A stretch of 64,000 nt of DNA from the NCBI GenBank assembly GCA_963769935.1, contig CAVYNY010000022.1, forward strand, positions 544,001-608,000, read 5' to 3'. Of the stretch, positions 9,145-18,570 are shown one piece after another (the first letter of the stretch is position 1; the number at the start of each line of letters is the position of its first letter). The notes beneath the pieces are model-generated. The model was not told the origin of the DNA and did not search any database. It saw nothing but the letters and a program-made list of their open reading frames with translations. Made by a program: the position numbers and the translations under genes. Origin of the DNA: an uncultured delta proteobacterium. Lineage in GTDB: Bacteria; Desulfobacterota; Desulfobacteria; Desulfobacterales; JAFDCJ01.

Positions 9145-9903
9145 TTATTGAAAATGGACGATCCGGCTGAAGGAATCGGCATCCAGGCTGGCGCCGCCCA
9201 CCAGCGCGCCGTCGATGTCCGGCATTGCCATCAGTTCCGAAACATTGGCCGGTTTGACGCTGCCGCCGTAAAGAATTCTGACGGAGTCAGCCAGGGCCGC
9301 GCCAAAAATGTCATTAATCAACGTACGGATATATTTATGCGCTTCCTGAGCTTGATCGCTGGTGGCCGTCTTGCCGGTACCGATGGCCCAAACCGGTTCA
9401 TAGGCGATGACCAAAGATCCGAGATCTTCAATAACCCTTTCTTTTAACCCGCCTTTTACCTGTTTGTCAAGTACAGAAAATGTATTACCGGATTCGCGTT
9501 CGGATTCAGATTCTCCGATACAGAAAACCGGAATCAGGTCGGCGGCAATCGCGGCGCTGATTTTTTTGTTGACCGCATCGTCGGTCTCTCCGAAATACTG
9601 GCGCCTTTCGGAATGGCCGATAATTACGTAACGGCAGCCGGCCGCAACCAGCATCTCGGCCGATATTTCACCGGTATAGGCGCCTTCTTTTTCCCAGTAC
9701 AGATTCTGGGCTCCCAAGCCGACCCGGCTGCCCTTGAGCACTCTGGAAACCGGGTCCAGGGCGGTAAATACCGGTGCAATCATAACTTCCACATCAGCTG
9801 TGTCGGCGACCAGTTCGACCAGCCGGCCGGCGGTTTCCACGGCTGCGGAATTGGTTTTGTACATCTTCCAGTTGCCGGCAATCAGCGGGGTGCGCGTCTT
9901 CAT
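9145..9903 (-). CDS. tpiA: Triosephosphate isomerase
   Basis: AGNWKM, GHSERR, AYEPVWAIGTG and VGGASL; GGAG RBS before ATG 9903. Confidence 0.97.
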   Translation of the reverse strand: MKTRTPLIAGNWKMYKTNSAAVETAGRLVELVADTADVEVMIAPVFTALDPVSRVLKGSRVGLGAQNLYWEKEGAYTGEISAEMLVAAGCRYVIIGHSERRQYFGETDDAVNKKISAAIAADLIPVFCIGESESERESGNTFSVLDKQVKGGLKERVIEDLGSLVIAYEPVWAIGTGKTATSDQAQEAHKYIRTLINDIFGAALADSVRILYGGSVKPANVSELMAMPDIDGALVGGASLDADSFSRIVHFQ

Positions 9904-9954
9904 CGTTTTTTCTCCTTTTATGTCAGATGACTGAGGCCGGAATTCGCAGAAATT

Positions 9955-10200
9955 GCCCACGGCTCACGGCGCAAGGCTAAAGGCGCACGGCATAAGGTTT
10001 AAAATTGCGAGCACAGCGCAAAGAGCATAGCGCATAGCGTTCAAAGACCAATTTTTCATATGAAATGAAAGGCTTTGCCCTATGCGCCAGGCCCTATGCC
10101 ATACTTGTCTATGAGCTGTCAGCTATGAGCTTTTAGTTTTTTCTGCCTTCTCAACTTCTGATCTTCTTATCTTCTGTCCCCTGTCGTCCGGCCTTGCCGG
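9955..10200. repeat. Stack of degenerate 7/8-nt tandem repeats
   Basis: GCGCACG, GCATAGC/CCTATGC, AGCTATG, CTTCTNAN and CTGTCNN-type units. Confidence 0.75.
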
Positions 10201-11205
10201 CTACAGCTCCTTGCCGACCATCGCGGCCAGGTCGACCATGCGGTGGGAGTAGCCGGTTTCATTATCATACCAGGAGAGTACTTTCACCATGTTTTCGATG
10301 ACGTAGGTGGTCGGTGCATCCACGGTAGAAGACAGCGAGCAGCCGTTGAAATCAATCGAGACCAGCGGTGCATCGCTGTAGCCCAGGATGCCGGCCAGCG
10401 ACCCTTCGGAAGCCTGTTTTAAGGCTTCGTTTACGTCTGAGACGTTAATCCCTGCTTTATCAACGGTTGCGACCAGATCCACTATGGATACATTGGGCGT
10501 GGGGACCCGGATTGCAAGGCCGTTGAGTTTGCCGGATAATTCCGGCAGCACCAGCGCAACGGCTTTAGCGGCGCCGGTGGTTGTGGGAATCATGGAAAGC
10601 GCTGCCGCCCGGGCCCGGCGAAAATCCTTGTGAGGGAAATCCAGCAAACGCTGATCTCCGGTATAGGCATGGATGGTGGTCATCAGTCCGTGCTGCAGCC
10701 CGAAGTTTTCAAGCAGCACCTTGGCAACCGGCGCCAGGCAATTGGTGGTGCAGGATGCATTTGAGATGATATGATGCTGCCGGGGATCGTACTGGTTGGA
10801 ATTCACCCCCATGACGATTGTAATATCGGGATTGCCGGCCGGAGCCGAGATAATCACCTTGCGGGCCCCGGCCGCCAGATGTTTTGAAGCCCCTTCGCGA
10901 TCCCGGAAGATTCCGGTACATTCGGCGGCGATATCCACTCCGAGATTGCCCCAGCCGATGCTTTCCGGATCCTTCACGGAGCGAATGGCAATTGTTTTAT
11001 CACCGACCTGGATGCTGTCTCCCTTGGCTTTGACATCCAGATCCAGCTGACCGTGAACCGAATCATATTTTAAAAGATAGGCCATTGTCTCCGAATCGGT
11101 TAGATCATTGATTGCGACCACGTCCACGTCCGGGTGTTTCAAGGCGGCTCGCAGGACCATCCGGCCGATTCTGCCGAAACCATTTATTCCAAGTTTGATA
11201 CTCAT
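10201..11205 (-). CDS. gap: Glyceraldehyde-3-phosphate dehydrogenase type I
   Basis: GINGFGRIGR, SNASCTTNCL and WYDNE. Confidence 0.97.
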   Translation of the reverse strand: MSIKLGINGFGRIGRMVLRAALKHPDVDVVAINDLTDSETMAYLLKYDSVHGQLDLDVKAKGDSIQVGDKTIAIRSVKDPESIGWGNLGVDIAAECTGIFRDREGASKHLAAGARKVIISAPAGNPDITIVMGVNSNQYDPRQHHIISNASCTTNCLAPVAKVLLENFGLQHGLMTTIHAYTGDQRLLDFPHKDFRRARAAALSMIPTTTGAAKAVALVLPELSGKLNGLAIRVPTPNVSIVDLVATVDKAGINVSDVNEALKQASEGSLAGILGYSDAPLVSIDFNGCSLSSTVDAPTTYVIENMVKVLSWYDNETGYSHRMVDLAAMVGKEL

Positions 11206-11675
11206 ATTTCCTCCTTCAGATTTTTCATCATCACAAGCGCGTCTTCTTTCGAATCCGCGTAATAATTATGTCGACGTCCAATCACGTCGAAACCTAGTTT
11301 TTGATAAAGTCCAACCGCCGGCGTGTTTGAAGGGCGTACCTCGAGATATGCCGAGGTTGCTCCGCGCCCGGCCCCCATTTTCAGACAGCGTTCAGCGAGC
11401 CGGGTGGCGATCCCCTCTCTGCGCCAGGCGGGGGCGACGGCGATTTTTAAAATGTGCAGTTCGTCTGCTGCCAGCCGCAAAAAGGCATAGGCCATCACCT
11501 GTTCGCCGACGTCGTTTTCAGATGATTTGACAATAAGGTTGCAGGCATTGCGGCAGGTCAGTTCGCCTTCAAATGAAAGGCGGCCCCAGGGCCTTCTAAA
11601 CGAACGCTGTTCAATTGCCAGTATCGGTGCAAGTTCATCGGCGCGGCTGATGGTGTCAAGCAGCCAGCTGTTCAC
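11202..11675 (-). CDS. rimI: Ribosomal protein S18-alanine N-acetyltransferase
   Basis: GNAT fold; LEVRPSN, RRHNYY and EDALVM. Confidence 0.88.
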   Translation of the reverse strand: MNSWLLDTISRADELAPILAIEQRSFRRPWGRLSFEGELTCRNACNLIVKSSENDVGEQVMAYAFLRLAADELHILKIAVAPAWRREGIATRLAERCLKMGAGRGATSAYLEVRPSNTPAVGLYQKLGFDVIGRRHNYYADSKEDALVMMKNLKEEI

Positions 11676-11677
11676 GG

Positions 11678-12094
11678 CTAGCTCCGTTTGTTGCCTTTTA
11701 AAATTCCGCTGGCCAGCGATATACTCTTTTTACCGAAAACTTCCAGATCCGCCGCCAGTTGGCCGAGTTCGATATTTTTTTCCCGCAGGTTCACCGCCTG
11801 AATGAGAATTGGAAGGTTTACACCGGATAAGACCTCGATGCGGCCTTCCTCCAGAAATGAATAGCTCAAGTTGGAGGGTGTTCCCCCGAACATGTCCGTT
11901 AAAATAAGAGCACCTGCTTGCCCTTGCACCTCTTTTAAGCCCTGGGCAATTTTGGCGCGCAATTTCTCTGCGTTTTCACTCAAGTCAATTGAAATCGATT
12001 CGATGGCCGCCGGCCGCCGGCCGATAATAAATTCAGCCGCTCCGATCAGGGCCTCGCCAAGTTGGCCATGTGTGACAATAACAATACCAAACAT
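11678..12094 (-). CDS. PTS mannose/fructose-type EIIA component
   Basis: VTHG, LTDMFGGTPSN and GVNLP. Confidence 0.92.
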   Translation of the reverse strand: MFGIVIVTHGQLGEALIGAAEFIIGRRPAAIESISIDLSENAEKLRAKIAQGLKEVQGQAGALILTDMFGGTPSNLSYSFLEEGRIEVLSGVNLPILIQAVNLREKNIELGQLAADLEVFGKKSISLASGILKGNKRS

Positions 12095-12359
12095 AAATCA
12101 CCCTGCTAACAATATTTTGGTGGTTGCGGCCCCATTGTCCGCCGGCCGCTTTGCATGCCGTCCAAGGATCAAGACCGACCGGCCGGGTCACCGTTCCGGA
12201 TAGGATTTCGGAAAGTCCATCTATCCTGAACGGCCAACCCGAAGCTGCCCCACATTCGTCAAATGCATCTTCATGGCCACCGGATCAAAATCGGATCCTT
12301 TGCGGTTGACTCCCGGTCGGTTCTTCCTCTTCTGGTTATTACCGGATTGGGTAACTATT

Positions 12360-13241
12360 TCAATCCTGGGAAGGCTGGGTGCGGTCGCGGTCGCGGTGAT
12401 TGAGTTCCACTGTTTTCCCCATGGCGCTGATATGCTCGTAAATAGCCCTGGCAATCGTTACCGAACGATGCCGGCCTCCGGTGCATCCAAGTGCAATGGT
12501 CAAATAGGCCTTTCCCTCTTTTTCGTACAATGGAATTAAATAGTCAAGAAGATCCAGATATTTACCAAGAAAGACGCGGGTGTCCTCCTGGCCTAAAACG
12601 AAATCCTTTATTTCCTGTGTTTCGCCGTCAAGATCCTTTAATTCCGGATTAAAATAAGGATTCACCATAAAACGCACATCCATGATCAAGTCGGCATCGT
12701 AAGGTATCCCGTACTTGAAGCCGAACGATAGAACATTGATGCGCATCGGCACATTTTTTTTGCTTTTCTGAGCGACGTCCAGAATTTTGGATTTGAGCTG
12801 GTGGACATTAAATTTGGAGGTATTGATCACCAGATCCGCCACCGACCTCAAATCTTCCAGCTGTTTTTTTTCCTCTCGAATGCCGACCAGCAGACTTTTG
12901 CCGGTTGACAGCGGATGCTGTCGGCGTGTTTCGCTGTATCGCTGAATCAGGATTTCTTCATCGGCCTCTAGAAACAGAATTTCGAAATAGTAGTCTTTTT
13001 GCTTGAGCTCACTGAAGACGGCGTTGTATTTGGTTAGAAAGCCTCTTTCGCGCAAATCCATTACCAGCGCTACGCCGGCTATTTCAGAATCGCGCTCTAT
13101 CGGCATTTCCAGAAACTTGGGCAGCAGATCCACCGGCATATTGTCGACGCAGTAAAAGCCGGCATCCTCCAAGGCGGCCATCGCCGTGCTCTTTCCCGAT
13201 CCCGAAAGGCCCGTGATTATGAATATGACCTTGTTTTTCAC
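12360..13241 (-). CDS. rapZ: RNase adapter RapZ
   Basis: TGLSGSGKS, SFGFKYG and GCTGGRHRSV. Confidence 0.95.
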   Translation of the reverse strand: MKNKVIFIITGLSGSGKSTAMAALEDAGFYCVDNMPVDLLPKFLEMPIERDSEIAGVALVMDLRERGFLTKYNAVFSELKQKDYYFEILFLEADEEILIQRYSETRRQHPLSTGKSLLVGIREEKKQLEDLRSVADLVINTSKFNVHQLKSKILDVAQKSKKNVPMRINVLSFGFKYGIPYDADLIMDVRFMVNPYFNPELKDLDGETQEIKDFVLGQEDTRVFLGKYLDLLDYLIPLYEKEGKAYLTIALGCTGGRHRSVTIARAIYEHISAMGKTVELNHRDRDRTQPSQD

Positions 13242-13260
13242 TTTACATCATATAATCCCG

Positions 13261-13719
13261 CTAAAACTCTTCATCCTCCTCTTTGATGATGCCGAATATT
13301 TCGTCCCCATCCGAGGCATTCAGCAGCCTCTCTTTGAAAGGCTCGTTTTTTAGGATTCTCGATATCCGCGCCAGCAGCTTCAGGTGCAGACCGGTAGAGT
13401 TTTCAGGTGTGACCAGCAGAAAAAAGATATGGGTCGGTTTGCCGTCCAGTGATTCGAAATCTACACCCTTGCGGCTCAGGCCAAATCCTAATACCAGCGA
13501 TTCAAGATTTTTCATTTTGCCGTGCGGAATTCCGATCCCGCCGCCGATGCCGGTGCTGCCAAGCCGTTCTCTTTCCAGCAGGACCTTGACCAGATCCTCC
13601 TGATTGACCTTGGCAATTGCAGCCACCGGTGCCACAAGTTCTTCAAGAATGCCCTTTTTATTTTGGGCCTTCAGATCACCCAGAATCGCTTCCTTATGTA
13701 ACACATCGCAAATTTTCAT
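13261..13719 (-). CDS. ptsN: PTS EIIA(Ntr)
   Basis: ERERLGSTGIG..IPH; lies in the rpoN operon. Confidence 0.9.
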   Translation of the reverse strand: MKICDVLHKEAILGDLKAQNKKGILEELVAPVAAIAKVNQEDLVKVLLERERLGSTGIGGGIGIPHGKMKNLESLVLGFGLSRKGVDFESLDGKPTHIFFLLVTPENSTGLHLKLLARISRILKNEPFKERLLNASDGDEIFGIIKEEDEEF

Positions 13720-13808
13720 GTCATCCTAACCATGCAATAATCCGGCTCGACCAAAAGGCGGGCGAACCGGATAATTTAAGATACCCTTCATGAGAGGGTA
13801 GAAAATAA

Positions 13809-14342
13809 TCATGAACTGGGCTGAATCAAGCCAAAGTGACCGTCGCGGCGTCGATATAACACATTTATCTGATCGGATTTAGCGTTGGTGAACACCAGAA
13901 AATTATCTTCGATCAAATCCATCTGCAAAACGGCCTCATCGATATCCATCGGTTTGTATTCGATGTTCATAACTTTTATTTGTCTTTCCGTGTCGTCTTC
14001 CGGCAGAATTCTTTCATCCTCAAGCATGGAGCGACTGCGATTTTTGGAAGAAGTTCTGCGTTCCCTTATTTTCTGCTTGTTTTTTTTGATTTGTTTTTCA
14101 AGTTTGTCAAGGACCATGTCAATGGCCGAATACATGTCGTTGGTTTCTTCTTTCCCGTTGATGCTAAGCCTATCGCCGGCTATGTTTATTTCGGCCGTGT
14201 GCCTGAATTTTTCAACCGTAAGCACCACATTGGCCTCAGCCGGATTATCAAGATATTTGTCTAAGCGTTCCAATTTATCAGCAACATAAGATTTCAAATG
14301 ATCAGAAGAATCAAGATTCTTGAATGTTACGGATGTCTGCAT
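13809..14342 (-). CDS. hpf: Long-form ribosome hibernation promoting factor
   Basis: DMYSAID and the C-terminal KPMDIDEAVLQM...VLYRR.DG domain. Confidence 0.93.
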   Translation of the reverse strand: MQTSVTFKNLDSSDHLKSYVADKLERLDKYLDNPAEANVVLTVEKFRHTAEINIAGDRLSINGKEETNDMYSAIDMVLDKLEKQIKKNKQKIRERRTSSKNRSRSMLEDERILPEDDTERQIKVMNIEYKPMDIDEAVLQMDLIEDNFLVFTNAKSDQINVLYRRRDGHFGLIQPSS

Positions 14343-14356
14343 GCTTTTAGACCTCC

Positions 14357-15790
14357 CTATATTTGTTTGCGTTTATTGGATGGTAATACTCTTAACATCT
14401 CCCGATATTTGGCAACAGTCCTGCGGGCAATATGGATTTCATCCTTTTTAAGAAGCTGGGCGATTTTATCATCGCTGTATGGTTTTTTGGGATCTTCGCT
14501 TAAGATGATTTGTCTGATTTTATCCTGAACACTGGCCGAAGCGATGGTTCCGCCGTGAGCCCGCCGGATGGAGCTGTTGAAAAAATATTTCAGCTCAAAA
14601 ATCCCCTGGGGAGTAAATGAATATTTATTGGTTGTCACCCGGCTGATGGTGGATTCGTGCATCCCGATATCTTGGGCAACGTCTCTGAGCACCATCGGCC
14701 TCAGATAAGCAATTCCCTTATCGAAAAAGTCCCGCTGGAAACTCAGAATGCTCTCCATTACCCGGTAAATGGTTTTTTGACGTTGATGAATACTTTTAAT
14801 CAGCCAGGCGGCCGACCTCATTTTATCCTGGATGTAGTCTTCAGCATCACCGGAAATCTTTTTGCCGCGACTGATGGAATTTTTGTAAAAAGAGTTCACC
14901 CGCAGTTTCGGCATGCCGTCGTCATTGAGCAGGATGACGAAATCGTTTTCGAGTTTATATACGTATATGTCCGGATTTATGTATTGCGGGGTATCATCGC
15001 TAAACTCCCGGCCGGGCTTGGGTTCCAGGTTTTTGATTACATTGATCGCGGAAACCACCTCATCCATGCTCTTTTTCAAAGCCTTGCAAATAGCCTTGTA
15101 ATTTTTCTTCTCCAGATGCTGAAGATGGTCGCTGATGATGTCGGTGATGATGGAATTTTCAAACCCCAGATATTTGGCCTGAATCAGAAGGCATTCACGC
15201 AGATCCCTGGCACAAACGCCGATGGGATCAAAAGTCTGCATAAGGACTAATATCTGCTCGACCTTTTCAACCGGTGATCCACTCACTTCGGAGAGTTCTT
15301 CAGGCGTTACGTCCAGATAACCATCTTTATTCAAATTGCCGACGATGAGACTGGCGATGCGCTCTTCTTCCATGGTCGGCTTGGTCATGATAAACTGCCA
15401 GAGCAGGTGGTCGTTGAGGGATTCTTTGCGGGCGATAAAGGACTCAAACCGGGGGCTGTCCTTGTCCTCGGCTTCGAAGTGAACCCGACCGGGAGTATTA
15501 TATTCATCCAGGTAATTGCTCCAATCAATATCCTGTTGGAGCTTTTCTTCAATGGTAACTTCTTTGGCGGCGGGAGCTTCGGTGGAAACATTCTCCGTTT
15601 GTTCTACCAGATGATCGGCAGCGGCGCTTTCCGGAATTTCCTCCAGAGCCGGATTTTCTTCCAACTCCGTGCGAATTGTTTCCATCAGCTCCAGCCTGGA
15701 CAACTGCAGCAGCTTGATCGCCATTTGAAGCTGCGGTGTCATGATAAGCTGCTGGGTTAATTTGAGTTGTTGTCTCAGTTCAAGTGCCAT
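14357..15790 (-). CDS. rpoN: RNA polymerase sigma-54 factor
   Basis: PQLQMAIKLLQL, HESTISR and the RpoN box ARRTVAKYRE. Confidence 0.98.
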   Translation of the reverse strand: MALELRQQLKLTQQLIMTPQLQMAIKLLQLSRLELMETIRTELEENPALEEIPESAAADHLVEQTENVSTEAPAAKEVTIEEKLQQDIDWSNYLDEYNTPGRVHFEAEDKDSPRFESFIARKESLNDHLLWQFIMTKPTMEEERIASLIVGNLNKDGYLDVTPEELSEVSGSPVEKVEQILVLMQTFDPIGVCARDLRECLLIQAKYLGFENSIITDIISDHLQHLEKKNYKAICKALKKSMDEVVSAINVIKNLEPKPGREFSDDTPQYINPDIYVYKLENDFVILLNDDGMPKLRVNSFYKNSISRGKKISGDAEDYIQDKMRSAAWLIKSIHQRQKTIYRVMESILSFQRDFFDKGIAYLRPMVLRDVAQDIGMHESTISRVTTNKYSFTPQGIFELKYFFNSSIRRAHGGTIASASVQDKIRQIILSEDPKKPYSDDKIAQLLKKDEIHIARRTVAKYREMLRVLPSNKRKQI

Positions 15791-16034
15791 TTTAGCTGCT
15801 GCTGTCGTTTTGTCTTTGAATTTTTAGGATAATCAGTCTTATTTGTGCCGTCAATAATATCCGTTTGCCGGTCCGGGCGACGTGGCCATCGAAATACGTA
15901 ATTTTTTTTATTTTAGATGAATTGACTTAAAATTGCAACCATTTCAAAATTGGAGTCTGATGTCCGATACGAATTTTGATTTTTTTTCCGGCGCAATTCC
16001 TCTGTCCAACCTAACACGATTATAGGTATTGCTG

Positions 16035-16631
16035 TCAATGTTTATCCGCCCCGCCAAGCGACATAAAATTGCGCGAAATCAAGGTGGAAACATTTCCGTT
16101 CAAAGCGATCTGGTTGTTCTTTAAATCATATTTCAAGGAGTTCGCAAAGATCTCGGCATCCGCACCCGATATGTGCACCGGAAGGTCGCTGAAGATCAAA
16201 CGCTCGTTGTGTCTGTAATTCAAGCGTTCCGTCTTCATCCGGTAATTTTCATTCCTTATCACAACATTGCCTGAAAATTCAATGTCATTTGTCGCGGTGT
16301 TTAATATCGCCTGGTCGGCATCGAGGTAAACTTCACGATTATCTTCCAGATAATAGGTTATAAAAACTTTTTTTAAAACCGCCTTTTTTTCGTTTTCGAT
16401 ATAATCCGCCGACCCGGCTTCCAGACTCCATTCTTTTCTGCCATCCCGGTTAGCCGTTTGCCGGATTTTGCCCAGAGACAGGTCGGATCCGTTTTTGATG
16501 GAGGATAGCAGCATTTCAGGCGCGCTGGACACCTGGCGGTAACCAATAAAGATCGCCACAATCGTACCGATAACAATCAGTATGACGACCAGTAAAAAAA
16601 TGCTTAATTTTTTGATTCTTAATCGAGGCAA
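16035..16631 (-). CDS. lptC: LPS export periplasmic protein LptC
   Basis: Single N-terminal TM helix and beta-jellyroll pattern; downstream of kdsC. Confidence 0.75.
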   Translation of the reverse strand: MPRLRIKKLSIFLLVVILIVIGTIVAIFIGYRQVSSAPEMLLSSIKNGSDLSLGKIRQTANRDGRKEWSLEAGSADYIENEKKAVLKKVFITYYLEDNREVYLDADQAILNTATNDIEFSGNVVIRNENYRMKTERLNYRHNERLIFSDLPVHISGADAEIFANSLKYDLKNNQIALNGNVSTLISRNFMSLGGADKH

Positions 16632-16644
16632 AACAATATTTAAA

Positions 16645-16781
16645 GTTCAGGTTTCAGTGTCCAGGTCTTTTGTTTAACAGGGACGATCACAACGATCACA
16701 ACCATCTAAACCATCTAAACCATCTCAACGATCCTAACAGATCCTAACGATCAAAACCTTCTTAACGACCTCAATCATCTC
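16645..16781. repeat. Degenerate 9-nt tandem array (AACGATCNN / AACCATCTN) plus TCAGGTT heptamers
   Basis: About 10 units visible at 16683-16781. Confidence 0.8.
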
Positions 16782-17313
16782 AACAATCGCCTGCAACATC
16801 AACAATTATCTTTTCCCAACTCCCCCGGGCTTTCAACAGCGCTTCACATACCTCTCTGACTGCGCCGCAGCCCCCCGGCGCCGATGTGATCCAATCCGCA
16901 TATTTTTTAACAAGTTCGTGGGCGTCGGCGACGGCAATGGACAATCCGATCCGCCCCATCAGGCCAAGATCGGGTATATCATCCGCAACGTAAGCCGTCT
17001 GGTCGGCGTCCACTCCCGTCTGGGCAACGATCCTTTCAAGCAGTTGGCCCTTTTGCCGAACCCCCTCATACAAATACGCAATTTCAAGATCCCGGCAGCG
17101 GTGATGCAGGGCATCTGATTTTCTTCCGGTCACAATGCCGACCTTGATTCCAGCCGCCATGACCAGCTTTATGCCAAGGCCGTCTCTGACATTGAATTCT
17201 TTGACCTGGCTGCCCGCATCACTGTAAATGATCCTGCCGTCGGTGAGAACACCGTCCACATCCAGCAGAAGCAGTTGGATATTCTTTAACTTTTCAGGCC
17301 CTTTAAGTTGCAT
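16780..17313 (-). CDS. kdsC: KDO 8-phosphate phosphatase
   Basis: LDVDGVLTDG HAD motif, FNVRDGLG and GAVREVCE. Confidence 0.93.
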   Translation of the reverse strand: MQLKGPEKLKNIQLLLLDVDGVLTDGRIIYSDAGSQVKEFNVRDGLGIKLVMAAGIKVGIVTGRKSDALHHRCRDLEIAYLYEGVRQKGQLLERIVAQTGVDADQTAYVADDIPDLGLMGRIGLSIAVADAHELVKKYADWITSAPGGCGAVREVCEALLKARGSWEKIIVDVAGDC

Positions 17314-17331
17314 GCTGTTTGACTTTATCTA

Positions 17332-18177
17332 TCAGGCTGGGCATTCGGATCCCTGAATGGGATTGACTGTTCGGTGAATGGATTTAAGCTGGGCTAATAG
17401 ATCATAAATGGTGTCGAGCTTCAGGGAATTGGGGCCGTCACACAGGGCCCGCTCGGGTTCCGGGTGAACCTCCATGAAAATACCGTCCACCCCTGCCGCA
17501 ACAGCTGCTTTGGCCAGCATGGGAGCAAAATCACGCTGCCCCGCTGAGCTGGTACCCGCCCCCCCGGGAAGCTGCACGCTGTGAGTAGCATCAAAAATGA
17601 CCGGATAGCCGGTCCGGCGCATTATCATAAATCCTCGAAAATCCACCACCAGGTTATTATAGCCGAACATGGTACCGCGCTCGGTAATGAGAATCCGGCG
17701 GTTTCCGGTTGAAGTGATCTTTTCCACTACATTGGATATATCCCAGGGCGCCAGAAACTGTCCTTTCTTGATGTTCACCGGTTTGCCGGTTTGGGCGACG
17801 GCGGTAAGGACATCGGTCTGACGACACAGTAAGGCCGGGATCTGAATAATATCCAACACCCGGGCCGCTGCATCTATTTCGCTGATGCGATGAACATCGG
17901 AAAGGATGGGGACATCAAATTCTTTTTTAATTTCGGCCAGAACGCTGAGTCCATCGACCAATCCCGGCCCCCGGAAAGAATTTACCGATGTCCGGTTGGC
18001 TTTATCATAGGAAGCTTTGAATATAAATGGAATCTGCAGCCCGGCGGTAATCTCTTTGAGCTCAGCGGCAATCCCCCGGGTGGTTTCATAATTTTCGATC
18101 ACACAGGGTCCGGAGATCAGAACCAGGGGGCAGCCCTGGCCGAGAACAATGCTGCCTATTTTAATTGGGTGCGACAT
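17332..18177 (-). CDS. kdsA: KDO 8-phosphate synthase
   Basis: GPCVIE, KASYDKANRTS, KKGQFLAP and DATHSVQ. Confidence 0.97.
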   Translation of the reverse strand: MSHPIKIGSIVLGQGCPLVLISGPCVIENYETTRGIAAELKEITAGLQIPFIFKASYDKANRTSVNSFRGPGLVDGLSVLAEIKKEFDVPILSDVHRISEIDAAARVLDIIQIPALLCRQTDVLTAVAQTGKPVNIKKGQFLAPWDISNVVEKITSTGNRRILITERGTMFGYNNLVVDFRGFMIMRRTGYPVIFDATHSVQLPGGAGTSSAGQRDFAPMLAKAAVAAGVDGIFMEVHPEPERALCDGPNSLKLDTIYDLLAQLKSIHRTVNPIQGSECPA

Positions 18178-18180
18178 TTT

Positions 18181-18440
18181 TTGTTTGTTGAGTTTGTTGT
18201 GTTTGTTATGATCGTTGAGATCGTTATGATCGTTTGGATCGCCCCTTGGATCGGCCTGCCGCGCCGTAGCCTCGCGCGAAGGCGGGTTGGGATCGATTAG
18301 ACAGTTTAATGTTTCCGTTTCATCCCTTTCATCCTCTCAATTTTCGTTTCTCCGTCTCGCCGAATCCCCGTCTTACCCTCCCACCTTCTATTTTCCATCG
18401 CCTACATCCAGTATCGAGCATCCAGTATCCAGCATCCGGC
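18181..18440. repeat. Stack of 9-, 8- and 7-nt tandem repeats with an embedded REP-like palindrome
   Basis: GTTGAGTTT, GATCGTTNN, CCCGTCTC-type and CATCCAG units; CCTGCCGCGCCGTAGCCTCGCGCGAAGGCGGG. Confidence 0.75.
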
Positions 18441-18570
18441 TCCCCCCATAGTCATCCCAAATTATCGTGCCGTCTGTCAAAAGTCAAGAAACGAAAACAG
18501 GCCTTGATTATCATTGATATAGTTGCTATTTATTCAACTTTAACTAATCAAAACGTATAATGTGGACGAC

